Assembly (NCBI GenBank): GCA_963830915.1
Contig: CAWHOE010000034.1
Span: forward strand, 1-64,000
DNA length: 64,000 nt
Direction: 5' to 3'
Source of the DNA: a candidate division FCPU426 bacterium
Lineage (GTDB): Bacteria > Oederibacteriota > Muellerivitia > Muellerivitales > Muellerivitaceae
Shown here: in pieces, positions 50,959-61,761 of the stretch
Position numbering within the stretch: the stretch's first letter is position 1
How the letters are laid out: the number at the start of each line of letters is the position of its first letter
Notes under the pieces: generated by a model
Told to the model about the DNA's origin: nothing
Seen by the model: only the letters and a program-made list of their open reading frames with translations
The model's database searches: none
Translations under genes and position numbers: made by a program

Positions 50959-51828
50959 GTGAGAATAGTTTTGTTGGGTTCCGCCGGAATGCTGGGATCG
51001 AAATTTTCCGAAATCCTTGCTCAAAGAAAAGATCAAATTCTGGCCCCTTCACTTCAGGAATTGGACCTTTCCGAACCGCTTGCCATCGAGGAATATTTCA
51101 AGAAGAACGACTTTGACGTGGTGGTCAACTGCGCGGCCTATACTGCTGTCGATGCCTGCGAGGAACCTTCCCAATATTCCATCGCCCTGAACGTCAATGG
51201 CGCGGCTCCGGGGTGGTTGGCCCGCTTCTGCAAAAAAACGAAACGAATGTTGGTGCATTATTCTACCGACTATGTGTTCGACGGTGAAAAAGAAGGTTTT
51301 TACCTTGAGGCCGACAATCCCAACCCGTTGAACGCTTATGGTCGAACTAAATGGCAGGGTGAACGTCTGGTCCAGACAGAGAACCCTTTTTATTACTTGA
51401 TCCGCACCTCATGGCTCTACGGGCCTCATGGAAGGAATTTCGTGAAGACCATCGTTAACGTCTTGAAAACCAAGCCCAAGGCCGAGGTGGTTTCGGACCA
51501 GGTGGGACGGCCAACTTACACAGGAGATCTAGTCCGTTTTACCCTGGAACTCCTTGAAAAAAAAGCCGAACAGGGGCTCTACCATTACGCTAATGAAGGC
51601 ACGGCTTCCTGGTGCGATTTCGCCAGAGAAATCCAGGCTCAAACCGGATTGGAAAACTGCAAGGTGGTTCCATCGTTGACCGAAAATGTGTTTAGACCCG
51701 CCAAACGCCCGGCCAATTCCAGGCTTGATCTCAGTAAATCCTCTGCGGCCGTCGGCCACCCTTCGCGTCCCTGGCAGGAAGCTTTGGGCGAATATTTGAC
51801 CAAGGAATTGCCGAATGAAACGACCTGA
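50959..51828 (+). CDS. rfbD: dTDP-4-dehydrorhamnose reductase
   Basis: GSAGMLG, NCAAYTAVD, STDYVFDG, YGRTK, DQVGRPT. Confidence 0.93.
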   Translation: MRIVLLGSAGMLGSKFSEILAQRKDQILAPSLQELDLSEPLAIEEYFKKNDFDVVVNCAAYTAVDACEEPSQYSIALNVNGAAPGWLARFCKKTKRMLVHYSTDYVFDGEKEGFYLEADNPNPLNAYGRTKWQGERLVQTENPFYYLIRTSWLYGPHGRNFVKTIVNVLKTKPKAEVVSDQVGRPTYTGDLVRFTLELLEKKAEQGLYHYANEGTASWCDFAREIQAQTGLENCKVVPSLTENVFRPAKRPANSRLDLSKSSAAVGHPSRPWQEALGEYLTKELPNETT

Positions 51829-52555
51829 ACTGACCGTTGTCATCCCGGTTTACAATGAGGAAAATCGAATCGGCCCTACCCTTGAGGAATCCTTGCATTA
51901 TTTGAAAACCAAAAAGATTTCCGCCGAGATCCTGATCGTGGACGATGGGTCGAAGGATCGAACCCGAGCGGTTGTGGAAAAAATAGAAAAACGCGCAAAG
52001 GGATGGATCGTTATTCATTTCCTTGAACATGGCGTCAATAAGGGTAAAGGGGCCGCGGTCCGTACCGGGGCTTTAGCCGCCAAGGGGGAAGTAATCCTAT
52101 TCATGGACGCTGACAACGCTACTCCCCTCTCGGAATATGAGAAATTCAAGCCAGTCCTCAAATCCGGGGTCGAGGTGGTGATCGGAAGCCGAGCCGTGGA
52201 TCGATCCCAGGTCAAGATCCCCCAACCGATCTATCGTCAAGCCTTGGGGAGGGTGGCGAATCTTCTCATTCAAATACTGGTCGTCTGGGGTATTTGGGAT
52301 ACTCAATGTGGTTTCAAGGCTTTTTCCCGAAAGGCGGCTAGCCGAATATTCCCTCTTCAGACCATTCACCGTTTCGGTTTCGATTTTGAACTGCTTTTTA
52401 TCGCCCATCGCCTTGGATTTACCATCAAAGAAATTTCCGTTCAGTGGTTCAACTCACCCTATTCAAAGGTCAAATTGGGGGATTATTTACACACTTTGAT
52501 CGAATTATTCACGATCCGGGTGAATGCCCTGAAGGGTCTTTACGACCGGAAATAG
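51815..52555 (+). CDS. GT2 polyprenol-phosphate glycosyltransferase (DPG/DPM synthase-like)
   Basis: VIPVYNE, VDDGSKD, GKGAAVR, MDAD, DTQCGFK. Confidence 0.9.
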   Translation: MKRPELTVVIPVYNEENRIGPTLEESLHYLKTKKISAEILIVDDGSKDRTRAVVEKIEKRAKGWIVIHFLEHGVNKGKGAAVRTGALAAKGEVILFMDADNATPLSEYEKFKPVLKSGVEVVIGSRAVDRSQVKIPQPIYRQALGRVANLLIQILVVWGIWDTQCGFKAFSRKAASRIFPLQTIHRFGFDFELLFIAHRLGFTIKEISVQWFNSPYSKVKLGDYLHTLIELFTIRVNALKGLYDRK

Positions 52556-52729
52556 GGACTCGGTTTTTTTAAACCCGGAAGAATCAGAAGAAAAAACGAT
52601 ATGTTTTCCGAATCCACCTTTGTTCTCTTCGAAAATAAATTCATCCTCAACGGGAACGCTTTTATTTCAACCGGTGGAGAAGAATGTTAATGCTCCAAAG
52701 GTTTATATCCATGGAAAGATGAGGGCTTC

Positions 52730-54178
52730 ATGAGTCCGATTGAAGGCCGAGCCCGAAGGGTTATTCATAATACTTTCCTTCTTTTTGGCTCTGAGAAGGC
52801 CGCCCAATTATTTTCATTGTTGGTTTTCATGTTTCTGACCCGGCGATGGGATGTGGCCACCTATGGGCAATACGCTCTCATCAAGAATTGGGTGGCCATA
52901 TTCGCGACTTTTAGTGACCTTGGTTTGAACGCCCTGACCATTAGGGAAGTGGCCCATCGCCGGAGTTTAGCGGGGTTTTATCTCCGGAACGTCATGGGAA
53001 TAAGGTCACTTTTCTCCATGGCGCTGTTGGGCTTGTTGGGTTTGGTTGGGATACTTTTCCACTATGAATCGCTGATCAAAGTCGGTTTGGTGATCATGGG
53101 CACGAGGATTGTATTGGATTGTATTTCGGGTGGTTATGTCTATTTGCTTCAAGCGCATGAACGGATGGGAGTCCATGGTTTGATTGTGGTCCTTTCCAGT
53201 GTGATCCGTTTATTGGGGATCGTTCTCGTAGTTTGGCTAGGAGGCGGCATATGGGGGGCTTGCGCGATTTGGGTTTTGGCCAGTGCCTTTTCGCTTTCCG
53301 CTCTTTCTTTCATTGGGATACGAAGCAAATGGGTGCCTGATTTTTCCAAATGGAAATGGGATGAAGTGGGGAAGGTCCTTCGTTTAGCCCTTCCTTTGGC
53401 GACCTTTTGGTCCCTTCAGATGCTTTATTTCCGGGTGGATACGGTCATCCTGAAAAGCCTCAAGGGCAATGAAGCGGTCGGTTTATATGACGCTGCCTAC
53501 ACGTTTTTAAATAGTATTTTGTCTTTGTCCCAATTATTCGGACTTTCCACCTTGCCCGTCTTTTCCTCGGCGCAAGATAAGAAATCGGATTTTGGAAGAT
53601 TGGCGATCCGTTCGATCAAACTACTTTTATTCTTGGGGATCCCGATCACGGTGGGAGGTGTCTTATTGGCAAGACCATTGATCGTCCTGTTTTCGGGACA
53701 GAAATACCTGCCAGCCAGTCCTTTCTTCGTTGTTTTGATCCTTTCAACTGTCCCATTTTTCATTTCGAACATCTATATCAATGTTTTGACCGTGAAAAAC
53801 CCAAAAATGTTGAATCTTCTATATTTCACCCTTTTTGTAATGAATATCGCCTTCAATTTTCTGCTCATCCCGACCTGGGGAGCGACGGGCGCGGCTTGGG
53901 CCACCGTTTTCTGCGAATGGATCGGCTTAGGATGGGGGCTTTGGATGATGCGAGAATACATTCTAGGCGCGCCTAAACAGGGTTTTGTTCAATCGGTTTT
54001 TGTATCTTTGGCGGCCGCAGGCATAATGGGTCTTGCCATTAACCTGGATCCCCGGCTTTACTGGCTAGTTTTGGGACCGGTGATCTACGGAGTGGGGATG
54101 TATCTTTTCAAAGGATTGGATCGACAAGACATGGCAAGCCTGTGGTCCGCATTAAAGATATACGGGAAAAGGGATTGA
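52730..54178 (+). CDS. Wzx-type flippase
   Basis: Multi-TM; DLGLNALTIRE, YFRVDTVIL, VGLYDAA, LIPTWGATGAA. Confidence 0.9.
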   Translation: MSPIEGRARRVIHNTFLLFGSEKAAQLFSLLVFMFLTRRWDVATYGQYALIKNWVAIFATFSDLGLNALTIREVAHRRSLAGFYLRNVMGIRSLFSMALLGLLGLVGILFHYESLIKVGLVIMGTRIVLDCISGGYVYLLQAHERMGVHGLIVVLSSVIRLLGIVLVVWLGGGIWGACAIWVLASAFSLSALSFIGIRSKWVPDFSKWKWDEVGKVLRLALPLATFWSLQMLYFRVDTVILKSLKGNEAVGLYDAAYTFLNSILSLSQLFGLSTLPVFSSAQDKKSDFGRLAIRSIKLLLFLGIPITVGGVLLARPLIVLFSGQKYLPASPFFVVLILSTVPFFISNIYINVLTVKNPKMLNLLYFTLFVMNIAFNFLLIPTWGATGAAWATVFCEWIGLGWGLWMMREYILGAPKQGFVQSVFVSLAAAGIMGLAINLDPRLYWLVLGPVIYGVGMYLFKGLDRQDMASLWSALKIYGKRD

Positions 54179-55512
54179 TCAAGAACGACCTCAATTACTA
54201 CTGGGAAAAATATTTTTCCCACCGCAAACACCTGCTGAATCGGGCTGGAATTATGGCTGGTGCCCGCATTATTGGGTTGGGTCTTGGTTTTTTCGGCTCG
54301 GTTTGGGCAGCCCGTTGTCTGGGTCCCCATAACTTTGGGATTTCTGGGATGGTACTAGGGGTCGTTGTCCAGGCTTCCCTGGTCCTGGGTTTGATGAACG
54401 ATACGGTTTTGATCAGAGAATTTAAAAATGCCCCGGATATCGAGTCCAAAACCCGGTTGGTTAAAGTGTCGATGGGTTTTCGTTTAATAGCTTGTCTGAT
54501 CATCTCACTGGTGGCAGTTTTTCTTTTGGTCTTTCACCTTCTTCCTTACGACTACCATTTTGCCGGTTGGCTGTTTTTGCCGATCATGATTCTGACCGGT
54601 TTTCAACCGCTCTGGGTATTCCAAGCGGCTGAAAGACAACACTTCCAATCCCTTATCGCGGTGATCCAACCGTTATTGATGGCCATACTTTACTTTGGGT
54701 TTTTCAAACCGGGGATGTCGGCAGGAGCGGATCTGGCTGTTAAAACAGCCATCCTGTCGATCATGATTTGGATCTATTGGGGGGCCCTTTTCCGCTGGTT
54801 GCCTCTTAATGGGAAATGGTTCGATAAGGGGTATTGGGAAATGGTGAAATCACTGATAGCGCGATCCCGATGGATGTTCGCAGTGGGGTTGGCTATCAAT
54901 GTTTATGCCAATCTGGACTTGCCTTTAGTGGGCTGGCTCTATTCATTGGATGAATTGGGGAAATACCGAACCGCCGTTTCAATCATGGGTTCCGCTCAGT
55001 ACATTTTTGATATCGTGCCAAACATCCTCTACCCGAGGTTCTTGGAATGGAAAAAAATGGGAGAAGAAGTGTTGTGGAGGCGACAGGTAAAACTGGCATG
55101 GGTCTTTTCCGGTCTGGGGGCGGTGGGCACGATCCTAGCTTTTCTCATCATGCCGACAGTTTATCCCTTCGTGTTTACGCCGGCCTTTTCCAGGGCGGCT
55201 ATTCCTTGTGTTATCCTGCTCGGCTCGAGATGCCTGATCATGGTAACGACCATTTTATACATGGGATTAGTGACCGACCCTCGGTATGACAAAAAAGTAT
55301 TTCTTATTACCCTTTTGACCGCGGTCCTGTCCTTGACATCCAATTTGATCTTCATCCCTAAATTTGGTATGTACGCCGCAGCCGTCACCAATGTGGCCAG
55401 TGAAGTTCTCGTTCTCTCGTTGTGTGTCGTTGTAGGTTTGAAAAAGATCGCCGCGTCCCGAACCGAGGCGGCGCGATTATCTGAATTTCTGACCGGCGGA
55501 AATGAGAAATAA
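54175..55512 (+). CDS. Second Wzx-type flippase
   Basis: TTG overlapping the upstream stop; ARCLGPHNFG, WVFQAAE, LGKYRTA, FIPKFGMYAAA. Confidence 0.85.
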   Translation: MIKNDLNYYWEKYFSHRKHLLNRAGIMAGARIIGLGLGFFGSVWAARCLGPHNFGISGMVLGVVVQASLVLGLMNDTVLIREFKNAPDIESKTRLVKVSMGFRLIACLIISLVAVFLLVFHLLPYDYHFAGWLFLPIMILTGFQPLWVFQAAERQHFQSLIAVIQPLLMAILYFGFFKPGMSAGADLAVKTAILSIMIWIYWGALFRWLPLNGKWFDKGYWEMVKSLIARSRWMFAVGLAINVYANLDLPLVGWLYSLDELGKYRTAVSIMGSAQYIFDIVPNILYPRFLEWKKMGEEVLWRRQVKLAWVFSGLGAVGTILAFLIMPTVYPFVFTPAFSRAAIPCVILLGSRCLIMVTTILYMGLVTDPRYDKKVFLITLLTAVLSLTSNLIFIPKFGMYAAAVTNVASEVLVLSLCVVVGLKKIAASRTEAARLSEFLTGGNEK

Positions 55513-55630
55513 ATACCAAAAGGTTAAAGGTTTGTTTGGCATCCCTGCAGACTGTTCTTGTGACTTCATGTTTTTCAAGCGAATATCTCCTGTTCTGAAC
55601 CCGCTAACTTGTGGAGGTTGAGAATGCCTG

Positions 55631-56110
55631 ATGGTTGGTGAGTACCTTAGCGGTGAGTTTTGCTCTGAATCGGTTGATGAACATATACTATGCCATTCAA
55701 TTGACCTCGGGTTGGACCAAACGGATTTATTTTATAAATTTATTTTCGGCTTTTATCCACGTGCTTTTGATCATCCTGCTTACTCAATTGTACGGTGCTG
55801 TCGGCACAGCTAGTGTTTGGGTTTTGGTAATTACTGGATATATTTTGATCGCAATGCCCATCGTGCTTAAGCGTTTGTAAAAAAAGAAACGAGGATATGA
55901 TATATTCAAGATGCTATTGGGCTTCTAGCTGGACCTTTGGTGGTGGTATTGGCTGCCTATTTTCTTAACCCCGTGAACCAATTCGGATCTTTTTGGAAAT
56001 TGTTTACTTTTGGCACAATATGGACCATGGCTACGCTCTCAGCTGTTTTTTGTCCCAGATACTTTGGAATATGGGCCTTCGTTACATCAGAAAACAAAAA
56101 GGAGGTTTGA
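55631..56110 (+). pseudogene. C-terminal relic of a third flippase
   Basis: YAIQLTSGWTK..YGAVGTASVW, then a stop, a frame change and an in-frame TGA before YIQD..; no N-terminal part. Confidence 0.6.
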
Positions 56111-57379
56111 ATGGCTGATTTAAAAACTCCTACGGGTGCTACCCAAGCTGAAAAATCCACGTCGAGACCCTTTTTTTCCATAATTATTCCCACCGTGAAT
56201 CGGCCCGATTTCTTGGAGGCTACACTTAAATCGGCTCTCTGGCAGACCTTTAAGAATTACGAAGTAATTGTATCCGACAGTTCTGACAACGATGAGACGC
56301 AAAAGAGGATCCGGAAAATTATCCAGAAAGAAGCAGATTCGTCGCGGCTTCGCTGTATTCGGCCCGGTAGATGGATGAATATGCCCGATCATTTGGAATT
56401 CGCCTCCGGTTATGCTACAGGCACCTATGTTCTTTTTATGACGCATCGCCGCGTGATGAGACCAGGTGCGCTGGAATATTTATTTTCCAAAATCAAAACC
56501 GCGCCTCCCGGAATTGGATTGGTTAGCTGGTATGATCATGGGGCTATTCGGATTTATCAGGAATAGTGAATGGCGGGCCCTTTTCGGGGGAAACCAAACT
56601 GATTCAGTCCAAGGAATTGGTGAAGGATTTCGCCACCTTTGAGCAATGGAAGGAAGGCGGATATTGGGCTCAACAGCTTCCGCATACCTTTAATAGCTGC
56701 TATCTTTCCAACTTGGGGGAGGAGGTTCGTAAAGACTATAACCGAATATTTTTTCCCCGTGTCACCTGATTTTATGGCGGGTTTTTTAATGTTGGCTCAT
56801 ACTCCGGAAGTCCTCTATCTCGATAGCCCGCTTTATTTACAGCATTCAGGTAAATTTGTAGGAAACGGTACCGTTAGTTTCGTAGAGGGGGTCGAAAAAT
56901 TTACTAGCACTTTTCCGGAAATCGATCCTTTCGAGGGTGTGCCCATTCGTTTAAACACCTTATTTAACACCTTGGCCCGTGATATTTTGAGGGCCAAGGA
57001 AATGGTTGGGAATAAGTATTCGGACATCCAGCCCAATTGGGTGGGCTATTATGTGAGCAATTATTTGGAGATCATGGATAAAGAACAAGTGGGATCGGGA
57101 ATGGATATTTTGAACCTTTATTCCCTTTGGGAAGAAGGTGTGACCCGTCTTTCGGCGGAGCAACAGCTCCAGGTTCGGGAGATTCTCAAGGGGTTCCAAA
57201 AGCGCAGGGCTTCTTTTATCCTTCTTCGTAGACTGGTGCGGAAAATGGGCTTGGCACCCTATTACTCCATCGTCATTGGTAAAATCCGTAACCTCCGTCA
57301 TCGGATCACCGGGAAGCCTGTTTATTCCTCTGTTTTTGAGGCCGCCATCGACACTGATAACTTATCGCCGAAGTCATAA
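56111..57379 (+). CDS. GT2 glycosyltransferase split by two homopolymer frameshifts (~56542, ~56755)
   Basis: FSIIIPTVNR, QTFKNYEVIVSD; ORFs 56111-56566, 56566-56769 and 56639-57379 join at G4 and T/C runs. Confidence 0.75.
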
Positions 57380-57444
57380 AGGATTTTGATAAATTAAACG
57401 AGACATTAAACCCCAATGAAATCCTTGAAAAAATCATTGAACGG

Positions 57445-57717
57445 ATGATGACTTCCGAAAAAATCTTTAAGCTTTTTTGATTTTCCTTCCCTTTTGTCGG
57501 TCTTTTTCCATGACCCCCGTATTTGGATGCCAAGGACAAGATTGGGCATGAGCCCCACTATCTGGTCATCATCAACAGCCTTTTAATGGATGAGGACCTG
57601 GACTACAAAACGATTACGATTCCGGTCGGGAAGGCACCTGGAAGGCGGGAAAAAGCGCATTGGGGAGTCCTTGGACTTACAAACGGAGCTGTTGGCCCGG
57701 GGTTAACAGGTTATTAG
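57445..57717 (+). pseudogene. N-terminal relic of a GT-C-like membrane protein
   Basis: GHEPHYLVIINSLLMDEDLD resembles the GDEPHY..SL..D.DL motif; two in-frame TGA upstream; truncated. Confidence 0.45.
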
Positions 57718-57755
57718 CTCCAAAGTCTATCGGGACACGAATAAATGGAAGGAAG

Positions 57756-57786
57756 AAGCCCATGGCGTTTGCCTCGGGCTTTTTTA
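57756..57786 (+). terminator. Possible intrinsic terminator
   Basis: AAGCCC..GGC GTTT GCC..GGGCTT followed by a T-run. Confidence 0.5.
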
Positions 57787-57992
57787 TCCTATTTTAAACA
57801 GGCATTTACGCAGGTTTATTTGCATAATGAAAAACCGGCTGGAGAATATTTCCAATATAATTCGTCTACGCTCAATTAGCTGATTTTGAGAAAAAGTTAC
57901 TCATTGAAAAAGTGGGCGTTTTTTTGGTTTGAATAGAGTAAAAAATCAGCACTAATAAATAATCTTTAGAAACAGCAGGAATTGGACGGAAT

Positions 57993-59165
57993 GTGGTGTT
58001 AAAAAATCGTAATAAATTAAAACAAGATCCTGATAGATCCTACTTTTTCAAATCACCTATCAAGACCCAGTTTATACGTTTCGTTGACACGATGGGTTCC
58101 TTCTTTTTCCATGAAAAAAATGCGCCTATTGTCTGGCGGGATATTAAAAGAATAGCCGTCCTGCGTTTAGACCACCTAGGGGATGTACTATTAGCTTTGC
58201 CGTTTTTGGAAGCCTTGAGAATGTCTTTGCCTCAGCTGGATATCGATCTATACGCCGGTCCTTGGGCCGAAGAACTGATCCGACTAGCGGGATTTAAAAT
58301 AGGCTTCAAGGTTTTTAACGCCCCGTGGTTCGACCGAGCCAATCTACATCCCTGGTCTTTGAAGGGAATTCAATCCTTAAGCCGAAAGTTAGCTATGGGG
58401 CGGTATGACGCGGTCATCGATTTAAGAGGGGATTTTCGTCAGATCATCGCCATGAAATGTTCCGGGATCCCCATTCGGATCGGACAAATAAGAACCGGCG
58501 GTGGATTTTTATTGACCCATCCGTTGGTCTATCGGAAAGGTTTACATGAGATTGACAGGAACCTGGAAATTTTGTCTCAACTGGGTTTGAGCCCTTCAAT
58601 AAACAGTGTCTCGCCTAAGATTATCCCAGCCGATGATAACTGTAAGTCCGATAAACAGATACGAAGAACGCTTTCTATAACAAAACCAGTCATAGCACTG
58701 CATTGTACTTGTTTGGCCAGCGCTAAACGCTGGGGAGAAGAAAAATGGCGCCAACTGGCGGAATCACTCCCGGATAATGTGGATATAGTGGTGTTGGGTT
58801 CGAAAAATGAACAGAAAGATGCGGAAAAGATTTTCAACGGCTGTCAAAGGAAGGTTGTATTTGCTATAGGTTTATTTTCCTTAGGAGATTTGGCCGCTTT
58901 TTTAAAGGCATGTAAACTTTTCATCGGGGTTGATTCAGCCCCTGCCCATATTGCCGCATCCGTAGGGACGCCGGTGATTTCCCTATTTTCGGGTACCAAT
59001 GAATCCAGCCAATGGAGCCCGCGTGGTCCGAAGGTCATGGTCCTTCAAAAAAAAACATCTTGTTCACCTTGTGAACTAATGGTTTGTCCCATCGCTAATG
59101 AGTGTATGAATCAAATTATTGTGGAAGAGGTATTAAAGGGTTCGGATCGCTATCTGCGGAATTAA
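57993..59165 (+). CDS. GT9 heptosyltransferase-like protein
   Basis: RLDHLGDVLL, YDAVIDLRGD, AKRW, FIGVDSAPAHIA, CSPC. Confidence 0.9.
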   Translation: MVLKNRNKLKQDPDRSYFFKSPIKTQFIRFVDTMGSFFFHEKNAPIVWRDIKRIAVLRLDHLGDVLLALPFLEALRMSLPQLDIDLYAGPWAEELIRLAGFKIGFKVFNAPWFDRANLHPWSLKGIQSLSRKLAMGRYDAVIDLRGDFRQIIAMKCSGIPIRIGQIRTGGGFLLTHPLVYRKGLHEIDRNLEILSQLGLSPSINSVSPKIIPADDNCKSDKQIRRTLSITKPVIALHCTCLASAKRWGEEKWRQLAESLPDNVDIVVLGSKNEQKDAEKIFNGCQRKVVFAIGLFSLGDLAAFLKACKLFIGVDSAPAHIAASVGTPVISLFSGTNESSQWSPRGPKVMVLQKKTSCSPCELMVCPIANECMNQIIVEEVLKGSDRYLRN

Positions 59166-59245
59166 ATGATCGTTACGAAGACGCAAATAATATAAGGCCG
59201 TTCAGTGTTCTTTGATGTCATTGAGGATCCATTTCTTAAATAAGA

Positions 59246-60427
59246 TCAAATCCCAGCTAATGTTTTTACGAATTCTTCCTCGGATACAGGCCGATAATTA
59301 CTTGTTTTGGAGTCCAATTCACTGAATTCTCGATAGGTATTTTCCAAGGCCCGGGTGAGTGATGATAAGGAGTTATTCTCGAAAAAAACGGTCTTATTGT
59401 ATTGGGCCCCGGCCCATCCCAACCAACCGTAATTCGTGGAAAGGATGACCTTGCCAAGAATGGCGGTTTTCGCGAAAAAAGCCGATGTCCCAACATGACT
59501 GCGATATGGAAGGCATACCACATCCATTTGATCCATCAAATGGATTAGCTCATCGTTCTTCAAATACCCATTGAAAACCTGGAATCGATCCCCCAAAACA
59601 CTTTCGGCTTGTTTGAATTTTTCAAGCAGTGCAGGGTCGAAGAAGTGTCCGGCATAGATCAATCTCGCGTCGGAAGGAAGATCGGCCTTAAGAAACGCGT
59701 CGATCAAGAAATCCGGTCCTTTTCGATCGCCTGAACGGGCCCCTCCAGGGAAACCGAAACAAACCCCTTTTTTACGGTCGGCGGAGGGTTGAGCCGGTCT
59801 TTGGTTGAGATAATCGCCCATTGAGTAAAGGGGTTCAGGACAAACCGTCAGAGAAATTCCGAATTTATCTTTAACCCTTTTGATCGCCCATTGGTCTAGA
59901 TAAGTGGCTTCCACAGGAGCCCGCGATTTCAGCCAAAAAGAAATACGGTCCTTCAGATGAGCGAGAACATTCCGTCCGGGGTAAGCGACGCCCAGATAAA
60001 GGAGACAGCTATGGATCTTCAAACGACCTGGGGTCCAGCCCAAAAGACTGGCAATGCCGAGCGTTTTAACCAAAGCATCCGCAGTACTCACTATTAGGGC
60101 ATGGATTTGACGTTTTTTCAGTTCTTTCTCGATTGCCCTGAATCGGGTCCAAAGGGCTAGTGATTTTTCTTCACTGAAATTATCACCGACAACCATTGTG
60201 GTGAATCGGCCCTCTAATGGTTTCAAATGAACTTGGTATTCTTCGGAACGAAATGTCGATTGGGTAGAAATGAAAAGAAGCGGTTTTTTTGTCTTTTCGT
60301 AAATATGGCGAATGAGTATTTCGACAAAAGCCAAAGTGTGCCCCGCGTGATTATCTTCCCAAACAGCTATCTCTGGATTGGTTTGGTTCATGGTTCCCTC
60401 GGTTATTTCTTTGTTTTCATTATGCAT
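59246..60427 (-). CDS. GT4-like glycosyltransferase, divergent
   Basis: GH motif near the N-terminus, RKGPDFLIDAF, DVVCLPY, GKVIL. Confidence 0.7.
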   Translation of the reverse strand: MHNENKEITEGTMNQTNPEIAVWEDNHAGHTLAFVEILIRHIYEKTKKPLLFISTQSTFRSEEYQVHLKPLEGRFTTMVVGDNFSEEKSLALWTRFRAIEKELKKRQIHALIVSTADALVKTLGIASLLGWTPGRLKIHSCLLYLGVAYPGRNVLAHLKDRISFWLKSRAPVEATYLDQWAIKRVKDKFGISLTVCPEPLYSMGDYLNQRPAQPSADRKKGVCFGFPGGARSGDRKGPDFLIDAFLKADLPSDARLIYAGHFFDPALLEKFKQAESVLGDRFQVFNGYLKNDELIHLMDQMDVVCLPYRSHVGTSAFFAKTAILGKVILSTNYGWLGWAGAQYNKTVFFENNSLSSLTRALENTYREFSELDSKTSNYRPVSEEEFVKTLAGI

Positions 60428-60519
60428 CTCGATGGTTTTGCATTGTTACATACTATCGAAATTTAGTTGAAGTTCGCTTGGAAAAAATCTTATAGGTGTA
60501 TCTGTCGAATGTTCCGCCC

Positions 60520-61653
60520 TTATCCCAATTTACTCAAACCTAAATAGAGCCCATGGATTTGTTCAGCGATGATTTGGTTAGAATATAGACGCAGGACTTG
60601 TTTTCGACCCCCGAGTCCCGTTTTTTTCCTGAACTTAACCGATTGGGCCAAAGTCATTATTTTTTTGGATAAATCCTCAACATCCCCTTCTTTAAAAATA
60701 AAACCTGCCTTTCCGATAACTTCTGGAATGGCGCCAGAGTCTGAGCCAATCACTGGCACTCCGCAAGCCTGGGCTTCAATGATCACCCTGCCGAATTGTT
60801 CTTTCCAGGTGGGTGTGGTTAGGGAGGGAAGGACCATGACATCCATGCAATTGAGATAATCGGGCACTTGGGACTGATCCATGGCGGCCACCCATCGGAT
60901 TTTGTCAGCAAGACCCAATCGAACCGCTTTCTGTTCCAAATCAGCCCTCAGTGGTCCATTTCCAACGATCAATAGTTTGGCTTTCGAGTTCTTCAACAGG
61001 GCGAAGGCTTCAAGGAGGTGTTGGACGCCTTTTTCAGGCACTAAACGGCCCAAATAGCCGATGGTGAAAGGCCCGAGTTCTAATTCTTTCTTTAGATTGG
61101 AAACGTTCTTTTTCCGAAACATCTTGGGATTGACCCCGTATTGGGGAATCACCGATATCGCGGCCTTGGGATAAGCGGCTTTCTCCAGAAGTTGACCTGC
61201 CTCCAGGTCGCCTGCGATGGCGTGGTCAGCGGTCTCCAAAACATAACGTCGGATCGATTGGTGGGGAAACCCGAATTTTTCCAAAAGATTTTCCCAAGTG
61301 AAGAAGACGAGGCGGGCATTCCACTTGCGGGCGGCCCGAGCCGCTTGCCAAGCGGTCAGACTATAAGGTTCTTCCTCAACGTGGATGATGTCTGGTTTTA
61401 TTTGTCCCACATGTTTTGAAAAAGACGGGTAGAAATGCCGCTTGATACGGCCTTCAAAAAATACTGGCGCGGAAATGATCCTGAACCCTTCTTTCTCAGG
61501 TGATTGGTCGAATGTTCGAATTCTTTTTCCCGCTTCGTACCAAAATTCGGGAAGTAAAAGGGTTATTTCGACATCCTTTTTTTGGGAAAGAAGACGCAAT
61601 TTTTCCCGATAATTGGGAACGACTGAACTGTGAGAAACGAAAAATATTTTCAT
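60520..61653 (-). CDS. GT4 glycosyltransferase
   Basis: GRLVPEKG, VLPS, EQFGRVIIEAQACGVPVI. Confidence 0.92.
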   Translation of the reverse strand: MKIFFVSHSSVVPNYREKLRLLSQKKDVEITLLLPEFWYEAGKRIRTFDQSPEKEGFRIISAPVFFEGRIKRHFYPSFSKHVGQIKPDIIHVEEEPYSLTAWQAARAARKWNARLVFFTWENLLEKFGFPHQSIRRYVLETADHAIAGDLEAGQLLEKAAYPKAAISVIPQYGVNPKMFRKKNVSNLKKELELGPFTIGYLGRLVPEKGVQHLLEAFALLKNSKAKLLIVGNGPLRADLEQKAVRLGLADKIRWVAAMDQSQVPDYLNCMDVMVLPSLTTPTWKEQFGRVIIEAQACGVPVIGSDSGAIPEVIGKAGFIFKEGDVEDLSKKIMTLAQSVKFRKKTGLGGRKQVLRLYSNQIIAEQIHGLYLGLSKLG

Positions 61654-61761
61654 GGAATCGCATTATATCTTGGTTTTGCGGAAGGCTAGCCGGATATTTA
61701 CCGATATACTATCCTCTATAGGTTGATCGAAATACAGCAAGGGATCCTTAAAGGATGACCC

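Noticed and set aside
55898..57513. In-frame TGA codons in the two relics as evidence of UGA recoding
   Set aside because: TGA is a normal stop in trpD, trpB, galK and rplJ, and tRNA-Trp has a standard CCA anticodon
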